From Nemertoderma westbladi (Eukaryota; Animalia; Xenacoelomorpha), in assembly GCA_032718475.1 (NCBI GenBank), contig JAUCBJ010007477.1, forward strand, positions 1 through 64,000: DNA of 64,000 nucleotides, written 5' to 3'. A program made the position numbers and the translations under genes. The notes beneath the pieces are model-generated. The model saw only the letters and a list, made by a program, of their open reading frames with translations, had not been told where the DNA came from and made no database searches. This document shows, piece after piece, positions 9,697-22,468 of this stretch (position 1 is the stretch's first letter; every line of letters begins with the position of its first letter).

Positions 9697-12121
9697 CCCT
9701 TTTAGTACTATGTCCCACCTGTTGTACCATAACCACCTGCGCCATGTCCCAACTGTTGTACCATGGCATCTCACTTGATAAGCAGGCCATCCACCACCCA
9801 ACAGCGCCTTAGAAAGTGTTCCAATTCACTATTCAGTGCCTTAGGACAATAATTTTTGAAATTTTTTTGCAGCCATTTGATTGGCTAATGGGTTTACCTT
9901 GCCTTCTATGGAGATTCAAATCTAGGCCTTTTACTTCCAACTTTGCTGCCTTTGTTGAGGCAGGGCGAATTGGTTGTAGGTAGATTGTTGACTACTATCC
10001 ATTATACATTACGGGGTACCGTGCCCTAAACCCTGGAGTGGTTTGTTATCTCGTTTGTGATTGGATAACACATCATAATATTATCCTGTAGGTGACTAAA
10101 GCTACTACGTTCCATCCATCCATTTGTTAGTAATTGTATATTCAGTCAGTCATTTGTGAATCAATTTACGGCACTGCTGCACTTATGTGTATGACGTATG
10201 CTGTTTTTTATTAGGCCTATAATTATCATATAAATTTATAATAATTATTTATTACCGGTATAGGCCTATATCAATTAATTATTATTATTATTATTACCGG
10301 TACGTAGTGCGTAGTGAATTAGAATTACGGTAGAATTTATTCTCATAATATATACTGTAATAGGCCTAGTGAAATTAAGTGTAGCCTATTACCGGCAGCC
10401 TACTTGTGCCATTTGGAATATACTGATATATACTATTTATTATATTATATAATACGATTATCTGATTATATTAATTATTAGGGCCTATATTGAGTGACTG
10501 TACGTCTAACAGTCTAACAGTGGCCATGGCAGACAGACCTGAAAGAGATCGCCATCCTGTTAATTACTATGGTTTTACTCTAAGTAATGAGAGCGACGAT
10601 GAAGTCGATGATTATGTTGATGGTAGTGGAGAAAGTGGTGACGATGTGACGGGAATGGAAAGTGGGGATAACCAGGGTGATGCAGCTAGTAGTTCAAGTG
10701 AGGGTTCTGTTGATGATTCCGACGACTCATCAGACAGCAGCTCTCGTTATGCAATTGCACCTCTACCAGGTGACGGGTGGGATGTTGTCACTGAAGCCAG
10801 TGACGTTAGTTTTAGTGTCCAATTCGATTTTAGTGGAACACCGGGGTGGAACAATGGGATTGACACTTCTGAATTTAGTGTAATTGACTACTTCCAAGTG
10901 TTTCTACCTGATCAGCTATTTGAAGCTGTCGCCACGTGGACAAACATCCGTGCTCAGAAATTTTACACAAACGATGATGGTACTTGTGCTAAGAAGTGGA
11001 AGGTAATCACTGTGGCTGAGATGAAGAAATTCATCGGTCTAACTTTTCACATGGGTATCATCCGCAAACCAGATATCAGGTAAATAGTTTAATTTAAATT
11101 ACCAGTACATACAGTATAAGCGATTTAGGATTGGGGTCTGAGAACTCTAACTGCTAACCAAAAGATGATGGTTTTAACCCTAATCGGAAACTGTGGCTAA
11201 CCCTAATTAAAGCTGGTTTTGGCACATGGTAGGGAGAGGGAGAGTAGGGGCCCCCTACCCCCTAAATCCAATGGAAATATAAAATAAATGAATAAATAAA
11301 AAAATGAATAAATATAATTACAGAGGTGGTCAACATTGTGATGTGGTCCAGTGTGGTCATTTACTATAGGAGGTATGTACACAGTAGCACACACTGCTGT
11401 TGTTTTTCGGCTACCGGTAGTGTAAACTGTGTTTAATAAATACCGGTAAGTACCACACCTGCTTTTTTGGTGTTTGCTTCTGCTGTTCAATAAATCAATT
11501 TCAATTTCAGGTCGTACTGGGCGTTGGACACACTTATGGCAACACCCTTCTTTACCCAGCCAGGATCAATTAGTCGCGATCGATATTTACAAATCCTGAA
11601 GTTTATTCGATTTGCCAACCCAGACAATGTTGACGTCACAGTGAGGGCCACCAGGGTGAACGAATTCCTCACCATCGTGAACGAGCTATTCAAGGTGTAT
11701 ACACCCCAGGTGAATCTTTCCCTGGATGAGGCGTTGTTGCTCCACAAGGGTCGCCTTGGCTTTAAAATGTTCATCCGCACTAAACGGGCTCGGTTTGGCA
11801 TCAAATCGTTTTTACTATGTGATGCGAGAGGATATGCCCTCAGTGCAAGAGTTTATTATGGTCGGGCGGCAGACATTCCCCAAGTGGATGAGACATCCTC
11901 GCTTAGCCACAGTGAGAATATTGTGGTACTATTACTTGATGATGCGGGACTCTTAGACAAGGGTTACATTTGCCACATAGACAACTGGTACAACAGTGTG
12001 CGATTGGCCGAGTACTTGCTTACCCGTTCTACTGGCATTCGTGGCACCATAAACCCTTCACGTGGAATACCTGGAGTGTTGGCTTCAATGAAGCAGAAGC
12101 CGATATCCACCACCTTCATGC
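9697..12121 (+). mobile_element. piggyBac transposon, right end deleted
   Basis: TTAA at 9693-9696 followed by CCCT terminus; absent from copy A2; no right TIR. Confidence 0.9.
10526..12121 (+). pseudogene. piggyBac (PGBD4-like) transposase, two exons 10526-11079 and 11511-12121, 3'-truncated
   Basis: LSLDEALLLHKGR, KRARFGIK and HIDNWYNS motifs; GT-AG intron 11080-11510 restores PDIR-SYW. Confidence 0.9.
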
Positions 12122-13644
12122 TTATCAAATATAACATAAAACCCGATATTGTTTATAAGTAACCTATAAATTACGGTATCGATACTAAAAATATAAGTAC
12201 ACAAATTGATTGATTTAAAAATCAAATTAATGTTTGTTTTTTCGAATATATGCTTTTTCACTTTATTAAAATTATATTTTCTACCGAGAATTGTTATTCG
12301 TCCATTTGTAAACATTAATATGGTTGCACCAAATACCTTATATATAAACTGATTAGGTTTGAGTACAATTTTACCAGTCAATTGATTTTTTAATTCCTTT
12401 AAATTAAGTCCATAAATGATCTGCTTACAACTTATATTTTTATTTACTATTTGATAATTCATCATCAACACCATCGTCTTTTGGTTCTTCATAAATTGGT
12501 ATATTTGATATTTTTATAGGTTTTTTGAGGTTTGTTTTATAGTGCCCCCAAGGAAGTGATTGATTTTTATTAACCCAATAAAGTTTATCATCAAAGCTAC
12601 TGAGTGCAAATTTATTTTGCTTTAAGGTATAAATACGATGTAATTTAGATTGAAATCTGTGTATGTTTTTTTTTATTTCTTCATTTGAGTTATATGCTTT
12701 TAAATATTCTTCATGTGTAATATTCGTTTCCACAACAGCTCTTGTAATACCTTTTGCTCTACGAATATTTTTGTTATTCCATTCCAAAATTGAATATAAT
12801 TTTGGTCTTAAAAATACTGCTTGTTTAATTTCACGCGAAGCTAGTTCGTCTTTACAGTAATAAAGTCTGGATTTATTTTTATCGCTGTAGAGAGGGTGAT
12901 CCTTAGGGTAATTGGATGTATCTAAAATATTATTTTTAATTAAGGGGGGGGGTACACCCCCCTATGGACCTTTTTTGCAAATGGCTATAATTTCTGCTTG
13001 TGTGTAATTTTGTATATTTTATACCTTTCGGGGGATTAACATATGGCCAAAGATTGGGTTCAAAAAATTTTTTTTCAAATTTGCGTCGCCCTCTAGCGGC
13101 CACCAGCGAAATTGTTAATTTCACTAAAAACACTACTAGTCTCACAATTTTGGGTGAAAATTTTCGAAACTTGGTTTTTCTGAATCCGCATCCTCGGCTC
13201 CACAAAACTTATCGGTTAGATTTTTTGTTTAGGTCTTAAATTTTTTTTAAATATTATTAACTAATATTAATCAGTATTATTTATATATTAACTAATTTTA
13301 ATAAAATAATATGGCACAATTCAAAATTCTAACCGATAACTTTTGATCGAAACCCGAAAACAAATCAAACAAAAAAAAAAATTTGAAAATTGGTTAAGAA
13401 ATGGCCGAGTAGTAGTATTTTAAATGTGAAAAATACAATTCCGAGATAAACGCGTTTAAAGTTTGAGAACAATATATTTCAAATGTTCCCGCTATTTTCA
13501 TGTACTGTATCTCCCTTTCTTTTACCATTGTTTAACCCCTACCCATTTTGTAATTTCTCAATGGATTTTCATGAAATTTGGTATAAATAAACCCATGCCA
13601 ACCTTTAAAATGTTTCCAAAATTTTAGAGTGCTGGCTTAAAAAC

Positions 13645-14040
13645 CTTTCGCGCAGCACGTGACCCAATTTCATGTTGGCATTTAGATTTGATTGCTTACC
13701 ATTTAGTAATTTCTTAATAATGGCATAACCTTCAACAAAGTTTTAAAAATAAATAAAAATTTCAACATATTTTTCTAATGAGCCTTTTTTTATACAGCAC
13801 ATCAAGCTTTGACCATCACGTAAAACCTTCGCGCAGCACGAGAATCCTTCGCGCAGCACGAGAATCCTTCGCGCAGCACGTGAATGCTTCACACAGCACT
13901 TAAAGTCTTTGCACGCACTTTAATTTATCGTGCATCTCGGAAATCCTTATGCACATAATGAGAAGCCTTTATGTGAAACATGAAATGTTTATGAAAAGCA
14001 TGGAGACTTCGCGCAGCACGTTAATAATTCGCACAGCATG
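13645..14040. repeat. ~20-bp minisatellite CTTCGCGCAGCACGWGAATC
   Basis: Tandem copies 13827-13900, dispersed copies near 13646 and 14007. Confidence 0.85.
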
Positions 14041-14092
14041 TGGAACTTAAAAAATAATAAGTTTATTATTGTGGAAACTGACAAATATCTAT

Positions 14093-16219
14093 TTAATTAT
14101 GTGCCATTTGATAAAAGTCGCAATAATAGGAAAACAATCTAATAAGCACCCGCAGAATAGGAATTATCTGCCTCTTTTGCCAACTTGGCCATCTTCGCTG
14201 TTCCTTATTATTGTCTTTCTCGACACTCCGCCTGATGCGTTTGAGGTTTTTTCTTTGTTGAGCACCTATTGTAATGGACGGGATATCTAGATTTAGTTTT
14301 TGTAGAACCACAGTACGGGAACCAGCACCAAGATTGTAATACAAAATAGCACTCATTGCTGCCATTTGTATGCGTTCAGTTCCAAAAAACCTGTGCTTTG
14401 GTGCCCGATTCCAGACTAATGAGTTTAAGCCCTCTGACTGATTTTGGGTATAACCAGGTAGAACCTGACGTAATAAATTCCTCCTTGTGAGGCGGACATA
14501 TATTGGCATCAGGTAAGAAAGGAACACGGCATCAAGGTGGTGAGCCTTCTCCTTTGGTGGCGTTTTGACAATTTTTATCTTATTTTGTTGTAATTTGCCA
14601 AATTTAGGCAATGTTGGTTGTAATCTGGGTTGTTTACTACGAAGGTTGATATTTTTTTGCTTTGTACTTTTGCTAGATGTTGGTGTTGCCGTTGATGTTA
14701 CATTGTAAGGTGTTTGCACTGGACATTTGCCTGGTATTACCAATGAATTGCTAACTTTTTCCCTCTGGTAAGGGCAAAACGAGTCTTTACCAGGGGGGCA
14801 GTAACAATGGCGCTGCTCAGCAGTTCCACTCATGACACAGTGTCTAAGAGATGCAAGTATCTGTCTCTTGAGATGGTGAATGCGTTCATTGTCGGATTTG
14901 TCTACTGTCTGTTGCAATGACCTGCGTAATGCATTGCCCATATATTTTGTTAGTTTATCGATGGCAGTTAGAGTCAACCTATGTTTCCCCCCACCCACAG
15001 GTTTATTGTCAGAAAGATTTCCCTTTGCTATTAGTTTTTTACGCAAATCACGTAAAGAGCGTCCTAATCGTTTATGATAATGGTTTATGCAGTCTATCTT
15101 ATTCACCCTATCGCACTCGTTATCTTTAAGAGCTGAATGGCTCTGCCAATGTTTGTCTCCGGATTCACTGCTGTCAAATGTAGTTTTTTCCTCCTCAGTC
15201 ATATCTGAATATAATTGACATTGTTGACATGCACCATATATATCCCATACATTGTTGTATGTACTGGAATCGCCATCACAGACAAGATCTTTATATTTTA
15301 ACCCATAGTCAGGATCACTGGATTTAGATTTGGATCTCTCAAATATTTCCTCCCCAATACTGGTCTCCATTGATCCGCTAGAACCAACAAATGCACCAGT
15401 ACAGTGTTCTTTGTGCTTCACATACCATTCCTTATATTGGTTGGAATCTTTTTTGTATGGTGCAAAGGTACATTGTTCACAAAGTTTGCTGCGGGTGCCA
15501 TAGTCAAGTACTTTCCCAGTTGTCATGGAAATGACAAATCCTACACCGTAATTGGAGGTGAATCCACGTTTCGACCAGGATCCATCGTAACAGACAGAAG
15601 TGTCTATATTTACCTGCCCATTATTTATTTCCCTACGAGCTCTAACAAGCTCTTCCTCCACAGCAGCCTTCTGGGCATTCATCAGCTTTGTCTGACGTCT
15701 CTGAAAAGCAATTTTCGCCATTGTGCAAGGTATTCCCATAATCTCTGTAAATAATTGTAACCCTTCAAAACCTATACCCATTTCTGTAACTGAATATACA
15801 AGCTTATCATTAACATCATTAGCTTCCTGATCATGTGGTGCGCGGTAAACAATATTATCATTAGATGAGTTCCCCAAATAGAGATCCATAGAACACATAG
15901 AACAAGCCGACTTCACTGCAGTTTGTACCCCAGAGCAACTTGTCATCGCAAAAGAAATCTCACCCGGACATCCGCCAGCCGAATGAACTGCTTGTATAAA
16001 TAAAACTAAGTTTTTATACTTTACTAGCAAGTAATCTGCCTCCTCGCAGCCAGTACCAGTTCTGACCTGATTCATATTTCCAAGTTTCGTCTCAGCTCGA
16101 GTCCTGCTACGTTTCTTTAGTTTAGAAGAATCCTCCGATTCAAATCGCCCCTCTGTTCGTCCATTCTCTTTCTGTAGTCGGATTGAAGCAGCCGTAGATT
16201 TAGATCTCTTGCGAGGCAT
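14093..16219 (-). CDS. DDE transposase of Kolobok / Mutator-like type
   Basis: 708 aa; YDGSWSKRG, SKLCEQC, GSSGSME, CDGDSS, DCINHYHKR, TQNQSEGLNSLVW. Confidence 0.85.
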   Translation of the reverse strand: MPRKRSKSTAASIRLQKENGRTEGRFESEDSSKLKKRSRTRAETKLGNMNQVRTGTGCEEADYLLVKYKNLVLFIQAVHSAGGCPGEISFAMTSCSGVQTAVKSACSMCSMDLYLGNSSNDNIVYRAPHDQEANDVNDKLVYSVTEMGIGFEGLQLFTEIMGIPCTMAKIAFQRRQTKLMNAQKAAVEEELVRARREINNGQVNIDTSVCYDGSWSKRGFTSNYGVGFVISMTTGKVLDYGTRSKLCEQCTFAPYKKDSNQYKEWYVKHKEHCTGAFVGSSGSMETSIGEEIFERSKSKSSDPDYGLKYKDLVCDGDSSTYNNVWDIYGACQQCQLYSDMTEEEKTTFDSSESGDKHWQSHSALKDNECDRVNKIDCINHYHKRLGRSLRDLRKKLIAKGNLSDNKPVGGGKHRLTLTAIDKLTKYMGNALRRSLQQTVDKSDNERIHHLKRQILASLRHCVMSGTAEQRHCYCPPGKDSFCPYQREKVSNSLVIPGKCPVQTPYNVTSTATPTSSKSTKQKNINLRSKQPRLQPTLPKFGKLQQNKIKIVKTPPKEKAHHLDAVFLSYLMPIYVRLTRRNLLRQVLPGYTQNQSEGLNSLVWNRAPKHRFFGTERIQMAAMSAILYYNLGAGSRTVVLQKLNLDIPSITIGAQQRKNLKRIRRSVEKDNNKEQRRWPSWQKRQIIPILRVLIRLFSYYCDFYQMAHN

Positions 16220-17247
16220 GCTCTACATTAATTTTTACTTAAATTTTTTAATTAATTTAATAATCACTATCAGCGGTAGCTAAAGTTATATAATCTAATG
16301 TTTTCTTGGGATATAAAAATTAAAATTTAGTAATAAAATGTTTCAAAGAGTAAGTCTAAAAATAACTGCCATATTATTCCTTACAAAGAAGATAATTTTA
16401 ATTCGATTTTATTTAAAAGAAAGTTACATTAAAATAAAACATACTCAAAAATAATCTGTATAGTAATTAAAATAAGTTATTAAAATAAAATACATATTAC
16501 TGCGAAGATACACAATAATAAAGAACCGAAAATGTACAATAAATAAATTACAACAATAATAATATTTATTAACAATTAAAATGTAATATTATCAGTAATA
16601 CGCTCATAAGAAGGAATTGTGCAACTACGTCACAGAAAAATAATACTAGGTTATTATTGTTGCATTGTTAGTATCATTAGGGAATCCCTATTGTAACAAT
16701 CTACATAGTTTAGTCAAGGTGTTTCGGGGGGATACCCCATATTCCAACACCAATAGTGGGACAATCAATAGAATCAACTCACCTATTTCCTATGCTTCTC
16801 TTTGTTTGTGGCTCTAACCGTAATTTACGATGTTGGCTCGTGTTGACTACCGTTGCCGCAGTCCTCCTATTTTGTTTCACTTTCACGCTTACTGGGATAC
16901 CACAACAGCCTAGTTGCTAGTTAGCCAGTAGCCAGTTTAACTAACATAATAAAGGCAATTCTATTTACTGGCATCAATTCATAGGCAATACACACTTTTG
17001 ACTGCGCCTCTGGATTTCACCCCACTACTGTATAGCAAACATGTCAGGCTCCATCTCGAATACAAAATCAAAATTAATTGAAATTTATGTTTTCGATTAT
17101 TGAATTTTTGAACACCGACATACAAACAAATATACATACTAGATAAAGCCAAATATGGTGGTAATAGGCATCAGAAAGAACCCCGCGGATATTTTAGAAG
17201 CATGGCAAGGTAAATAATTAAATTTTGACAGACATGTTGAAACAGTG

Positions 17248-17312
17248 AAACAGACAGACAGACATACAGACTGACAGACAGACAAACTGAGAGACAGGCA
17301 GACAGACAAACA
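17248..17312. repeat. Degenerate (CAGA)n microsatellite
   Basis: cagacagacagacatacagactgacagaca; second patch near 17419-17441. Confidence 0.85.
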
Positions 17313-20300
17313 TAAATAGTTATTAGATAATTCCAAACATGTAAACTGACATCGACATCAAGAAAAATCCCAACAGCAACCATTTCACATTGCTTATGTG
17401 CTTTTTATTATTTTGATGGACAGACAGACAGACATACAGACGGAAAGCCATCCATTACTCGAGAAGTATAATAGATCTCGCGATGCCGTGTCCAGATTTA
17501 AAATCCTCATTAAAATCTGCTCTAGATGAAATAAAAAAACAAAAATCGAAAATTTTGACCTGAGGGGGGGTGTACCCCCCCCCTTAATGCTTTTAAAAAA
17601 TTATTCTGCGATGTATTATAGTAACAACCTATTAAAGAGTCTGTATCTGATGCAACAATTTCAATACGGCAGTTTAATTCTTTCTCAATAGGTAGCAATT
17701 TATTGTAGAACAGCTCATACATATCCAATTTAGCCAAGTCCAACACTGCGCTACCAATAAATATAGGCTTATCGAGAGTTACAGAGTCTTTCACTAATAA
17801 ATGTCCCGATAATGTATTATTGTATATTATAAATTGTTCATGATTAATACGATTTACCAATTGATTGCATTTATCATTGCTATTTGCGATACGAAAGTTA
17901 CATCGGTCTCGTATCCTCTCTATTGACTTACCGAATAAAGAGTTATTAAGCAGCTTCGCGACAGCTGTTTCAATGTAACTTTTTGCTAGTCGCCTTTGAT
18001 TAATATTAAAATCTATGTAATTTTTAAATACAATTTCTTGTTGAAAAGAATATAATTTATGTAGTTTAGTAACAATTAATCCATATGTTTTATATAAAAT
18101 TTTAACAGTTTCAAATGTAAATGATAAAACTCTTTATCAAATTGCGTCAGCAAGAGTTTTGGTGTAGGCATCTTATATTTACAAGAGGTACCTCTTTGTA
18201 TCGACAAGTTATTAAATTGTTCCCGCATATAAGGTGAAAGCATTGATTCATTTATACTTAAATGCTCTGGAGCTAACGGTAATTGTAATGTTTGATCATG
18301 AATAGCTTTGGGGTAATTTAAATCACATATTAAAAAATATCCAGTAGATCCATCAATGTCTAAATCTACCAAGTACTCGATTAGTTTTTCTGGAATTGCA
18401 TTCTCTAAATGTTTAATACTTACTTCTTTGAATTGCGAGGTGGGTAGTTTTTTACTTAAATTCCCAGAATATAAAGAGTTGAAATCAATATTAAAAATAT
18501 GGCATTCTTCCTTAGTAGAATCATATGTACTTGTTCCTGGTATATTTGATTCTATATAATGCTTTCGACAAAATGAAACACCACCCCTAATTGATTTTTC
18601 AAAATCTCTATATGTCTGATAATCCTTTATTAATTCTATTTTACATTTATTATATTTTAGCACGCAATCATAGGTAAATGATGCAATACTACAGTAAAAA
18701 ACCACTTCTAAATCGTAATTTTGTTTACAAACATTCCTAAAATTCTCAAATATATCAGCAAGCTAACAAACATCGAGTTTTAAATAGGCTAAAAGATAAT
18801 CTTTGAGATTCACACAGTCGAATTCTACCCATGATAATCCTGCAAACCTATAATCTTCAATTGGGCATGTTTTTTGTGTTAAGTTACTAAAAAAATTATT
18901 TATAGACGGCAAACCAGTATCATTAAATTTATTTATATCTGTCAAGTACTCGTGTGGAAATACTCCTTTCCGTTTAATTGTTGAGTTATTCAAGTTTGGA
19001 TAAAAATATTTCATTTCTTGTAGAGTAATAGGTAAAATTGAGCTTATATCATGACTCGCTACATCCTTTGTTGAACACTCAACTAAATTACATAGGGAAA
19101 AGCTTAAAAATTGATATGTGTCTAAGAAACGTAACTCAATTTTTTTAGAAGTGTTTTTAATTGGGATAAATGCACTCAGTGAAATATATCGTTCTGTATT
19201 TCTCGGTATAACCTTTATATCCCAATCTGTGTATTTCTTATCTCTAAATCCGGTTTGTAATATACAATGTATATCATAATTACTGGAATTGTGCCCGCAA
19301 AGTACATACAGGTATCGTTTCAATGATAAACTTCGGTTACAACTATTACAGGCTGCTGCAATATATTTACCTGTAATATGTGAATGATGTCTGTTTTTCC
19401 CTACATTATTATTTAAAGTAACCTTACAATAGAAACAAAATTTTGCCTGTTCAAAATTTACAAAATCAATATTAGTAAATAACATAGTTTTATGAGTGTA
19501 TATTTCTGACCAACAACATAATTCAGTTAAATCAGTATATAATGAATCTAAGAAATCTTGAATACAATTATTATTATTATTTGACTTTACAAATGTTTTC
19601 AAATGACATTTTGGAGGGTCAATTAATTCAGTATTGGGAACAATTAAATAACTCACAGCACACGGTACATGCTCCTGTATAAATTGATTATTAACTGAAG
19701 GTTGTAAGATACATTCTATATCAAAGTAGGTGACAAACAATAGGGATAAGGTTCTATCTAAATTTGTAAAACTAATGTGTGTTCTTTTTTTATTAGGTAG
19801 TGTCTCTCGTTGACTTCTTCCTTGGTAGCATGCGAGACGGTGTCGTTGGAGAACTTCCGATCGAAAAAAATGAGCCAAACACCTTTCACAATATTGCCTA
19901 CCGCGGGTATGAAGAGCTCTCGTATTCAGCAATCGATTCAAGTTAGTTATGCAAACATAATGATTCAGTTTAGGTACATTGTTATTTTTTACTACAAGTA
20001 ATATATTTAATAACTCTTTATCAGGTGTAATTTTACTAAACGGTGGTTGTCTTAATATAGATACGGGGGTGCGTTTGTTGTCGTTATTCCAACATAGTAA
20101 ATTAATTATATATTTTGAATTTTGTTTTTCAAAAAGTTTAATCGCTAACTGCCACTCTGTTGGATAATCTTTGTTCCCATTGTCAAAAATGAAATGACTC
20201 ATATAATTTTTGTACGACGAAGTAAGCTGTTTGTTGTTTTTCACTTTGCTACTAAATTTTGCGGATATAATTGCCCATTTGAAACAGTCATTATCTACCG

Positions 20301-21346
20301 TTTGAATATTTATTGTACATTTTTTAGCTGATAGAGCCTTAGGTAATTCCATATATCCATGCCCCTTATATAGTAACGACCTACACTTAGATTCAGCTAA
20401 TTTAATTTCAACCCTTAATAAAGATTTAACGCGCCACCCCGAACCACGTGTGTTAAAGATGGCTATTTTTTGTAATATATTTTCCACAACATACTCAAAC
20501 CATGTGTCAAAACTTTGCGATGAATCTACAGTATTAATAGCACCACCGGAAGAATTAAAATAAAAGGTTTCCAATTGCTCGCCTTCTGAAAAATGTGATC
20601 TGTACATTAATACATTTAGACCTAACCACAGTCTAAGAACATTCATTTCTTTCAATCTGTCTAATATTAACTGAAGAATATTACCTCGAATTTGTGTTAA
20701 TGCTGTTTCTACATCGGGATAATCTCTAGAAGTTGGGAGGTCGTGGACATAAATTTCAAGACGATTATCGTGAGCTTCTAGTTCCCGCGTAAAAATTGTT
20801 GCGCATGTACCAAGAGCCACCCTTAATTTTTTTCTGGATAATATATTTTTATGTTGCGGAGATTTACGCTTTCTTGTGTAGTAACATTTCAAGTGACAAT
20901 CGTGTCGTAAATAATTGTCATATGTATACTCTTTATTACAGGTAGAACAAGTCAATTGATAGGTACGGAACTCCATTTCTTTACAACCAGTAGTTGATTC
21001 ATGTCGTTTACAAATTTCGCTGCATGAAGTCACGACATGACACTTAAAACAAGAATAACCTTCAAAATGTGACCGTAGGTGGCGTAAATAATTATGTCTA
21101 GTTACATTCATATGACAGAATGAACAACATATTGTTATTTTATCCATGCTGAAGTTTGTTTAGATAAATAATAATAATAATAATAATAAAATATCTCCAA
21201 AGATTAAAATAAAATGAAATGAAATGATATTGACTATATCTAAACATTTATATGCTAGCGAGTGAAATAATTTTAAACCAATCACCAAACACCAATCACC
21301 AATCGCCTATGGGTATTGGAAACCTCAGTTTAGCTTATGATCAGGT

Positions 21347-22411
21347 TTACATGTTAGGATAATAATCTGGTTTCCATGGAGAATTAGTAACTGGATCTAC
21401 TGGAGCTGGGTTAATAGCAACTTTCTGTTTCTTTGCAGGTGATGCGTTGGTAAATTTACTCGATGATCTTGGCTTCCGAGGGATTATTTCAGGAAAGACC
21501 TGTTGCAGTTGAGAGCAACTCTCTTCAACATCCGGATTAGGTGATGGGATCTCTACGAATGCTTTAGGTTTATCCAAAAGGAGAAAACCATCTACATTGG
21601 CTTCAATAAGAGAAACGCCATCCATAGCCTCTTTGAGAAAACTAATATGGGCTTTATCATTCAAGTAATGCAACTCAATAGAATTTCCACCTGCTCCTAC
21701 TTCAGTAGAATTATCGGTGTTGGTGATAATAATTTTTTTATTATTGGTTTTAATCATTTTGAGACGGTCTGATAATTGAATGATATTTTTATCAAAAAGA
21801 TGCTTGTCTGGTTCATCAATTTGCGTGTCCCACTCTCGCAACAAAACGGTTAGTTCCTGATTTGACAAATTGAAACCTGTATAATAGTTTAAACCAACAC
21901 TATCAGCGTATCTGACGCTGATTTTCCATAAGCCAACATAGTTGGTTCCTTTAAAAGCTGTTACAAATCCAATAAACTCTGGATTTGATAATTCAATGTA
22001 GAATTGATCGCTAATAATCTCTAGCGGTGGAGAGAGAAATTGCAATAATTTCCCTCTGTATTGAATTAGAACTTCAGTAAAAGCTTTGTTGAGAACTTTA
22101 CATTTGCCTTGTTTCTGAACGTAAACATCACCCGATGTGGGGTTGATAGAAATATTCAAATTTCCCCGCGCAAAACGAAGAGCAGCATATATCCTACCTG
22201 GTATAATTGCTGGTCTGGATTGATGTTGGTTGTTGGTTGTTGTTTCTAGAATGTCTAACAAATAGCGGGTGTCTTGATGGGAAAAACAAATTGATTCGTT
22301 GTCCTCCTGAGATTCCACAATAAAATACTTGCTGTGAACGGCGGTGCAAGTATATTTATTGTAAGTAAATTTCCAGCTATTTGTTGCCCCGGTTTTTTGC
22401 GTTAAGGCCAT
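21347..22411 (-). CDS. Family A protein with PC4-like ssDNA-binding domain and basic NLS-like tail
   Basis: 354 aa intact; FVTAFKGTNYVGLWK...TGFNLSNQELTVL resembles the PC4 FKG...GISL..EQW core; PAKKQK near C-terminus. Confidence 0.6.
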   Translation of the reverse strand: MALTQKTGATNSWKFTYNKYTCTAVHSKYFIVESQEDNESICFSHQDTRYLLDILETTTNNQHQSRPAIIPGRIYAALRFARGNLNISINPTSGDVYVQKQGKCKVLNKAFTEVLIQYRGKLLQFLSPPLEIISDQFYIELSNPEFIGFVTAFKGTNYVGLWKISVRYADSVGLNYYTGFNLSNQELTVLLREWDTQIDEPDKHLFDKNIIQLSDRLKMIKTNNKKIIITNTDNSTEVGAGGNSIELHYLNDKAHISFLKEAMDGVSLIEANVDGFLLLDKPKAFVEIPSPNPDVEESCSQLQQVFPEIIPRKPRSSSKFTNASPAKKQKVAINPAPVDPVTNSPWKPDYYPNM

Positions 22412-22468
22412 AATAATAATAATAAATACGAAAAATATTACAAGTGATAAATGTTAAACTGTATCGCT

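Larger units (their letters stand above)
9488..12465 (-). pseudogene. TBP-like protein split by the piggyBac insertion (parts 12122-12465 and 9488-9696)
   Basis: Joining the halves reproduces ORF 36679-37260. Confidence 0.8.
12944..17583 (-). mobile_element. Kolobok-like DNA transposon inserted in pPolB
   Basis: TTAA duplicated at 12940-12943 and 17584-17587; TIR G9-TACACCCCCCT at both ends; empty site in copy A2 near 37708. Confidence 0.85.
12440..21147 (-). pseudogene. Protein-primed DNA polymerase B (copy A1) with N-terminal Zn fingers and EndoVII-like insert; stop, frameshift and transposon insertion
   Basis: YFDIEC, GHNSSNYD, RFLDTYQF, RKGVFPHEY, SIRGG, IDFNSLYS, ASDTDS, FDDK motifs; CxxC...HHSHITGKYIAAACNSCN insert. 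Confidence 0.93.
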
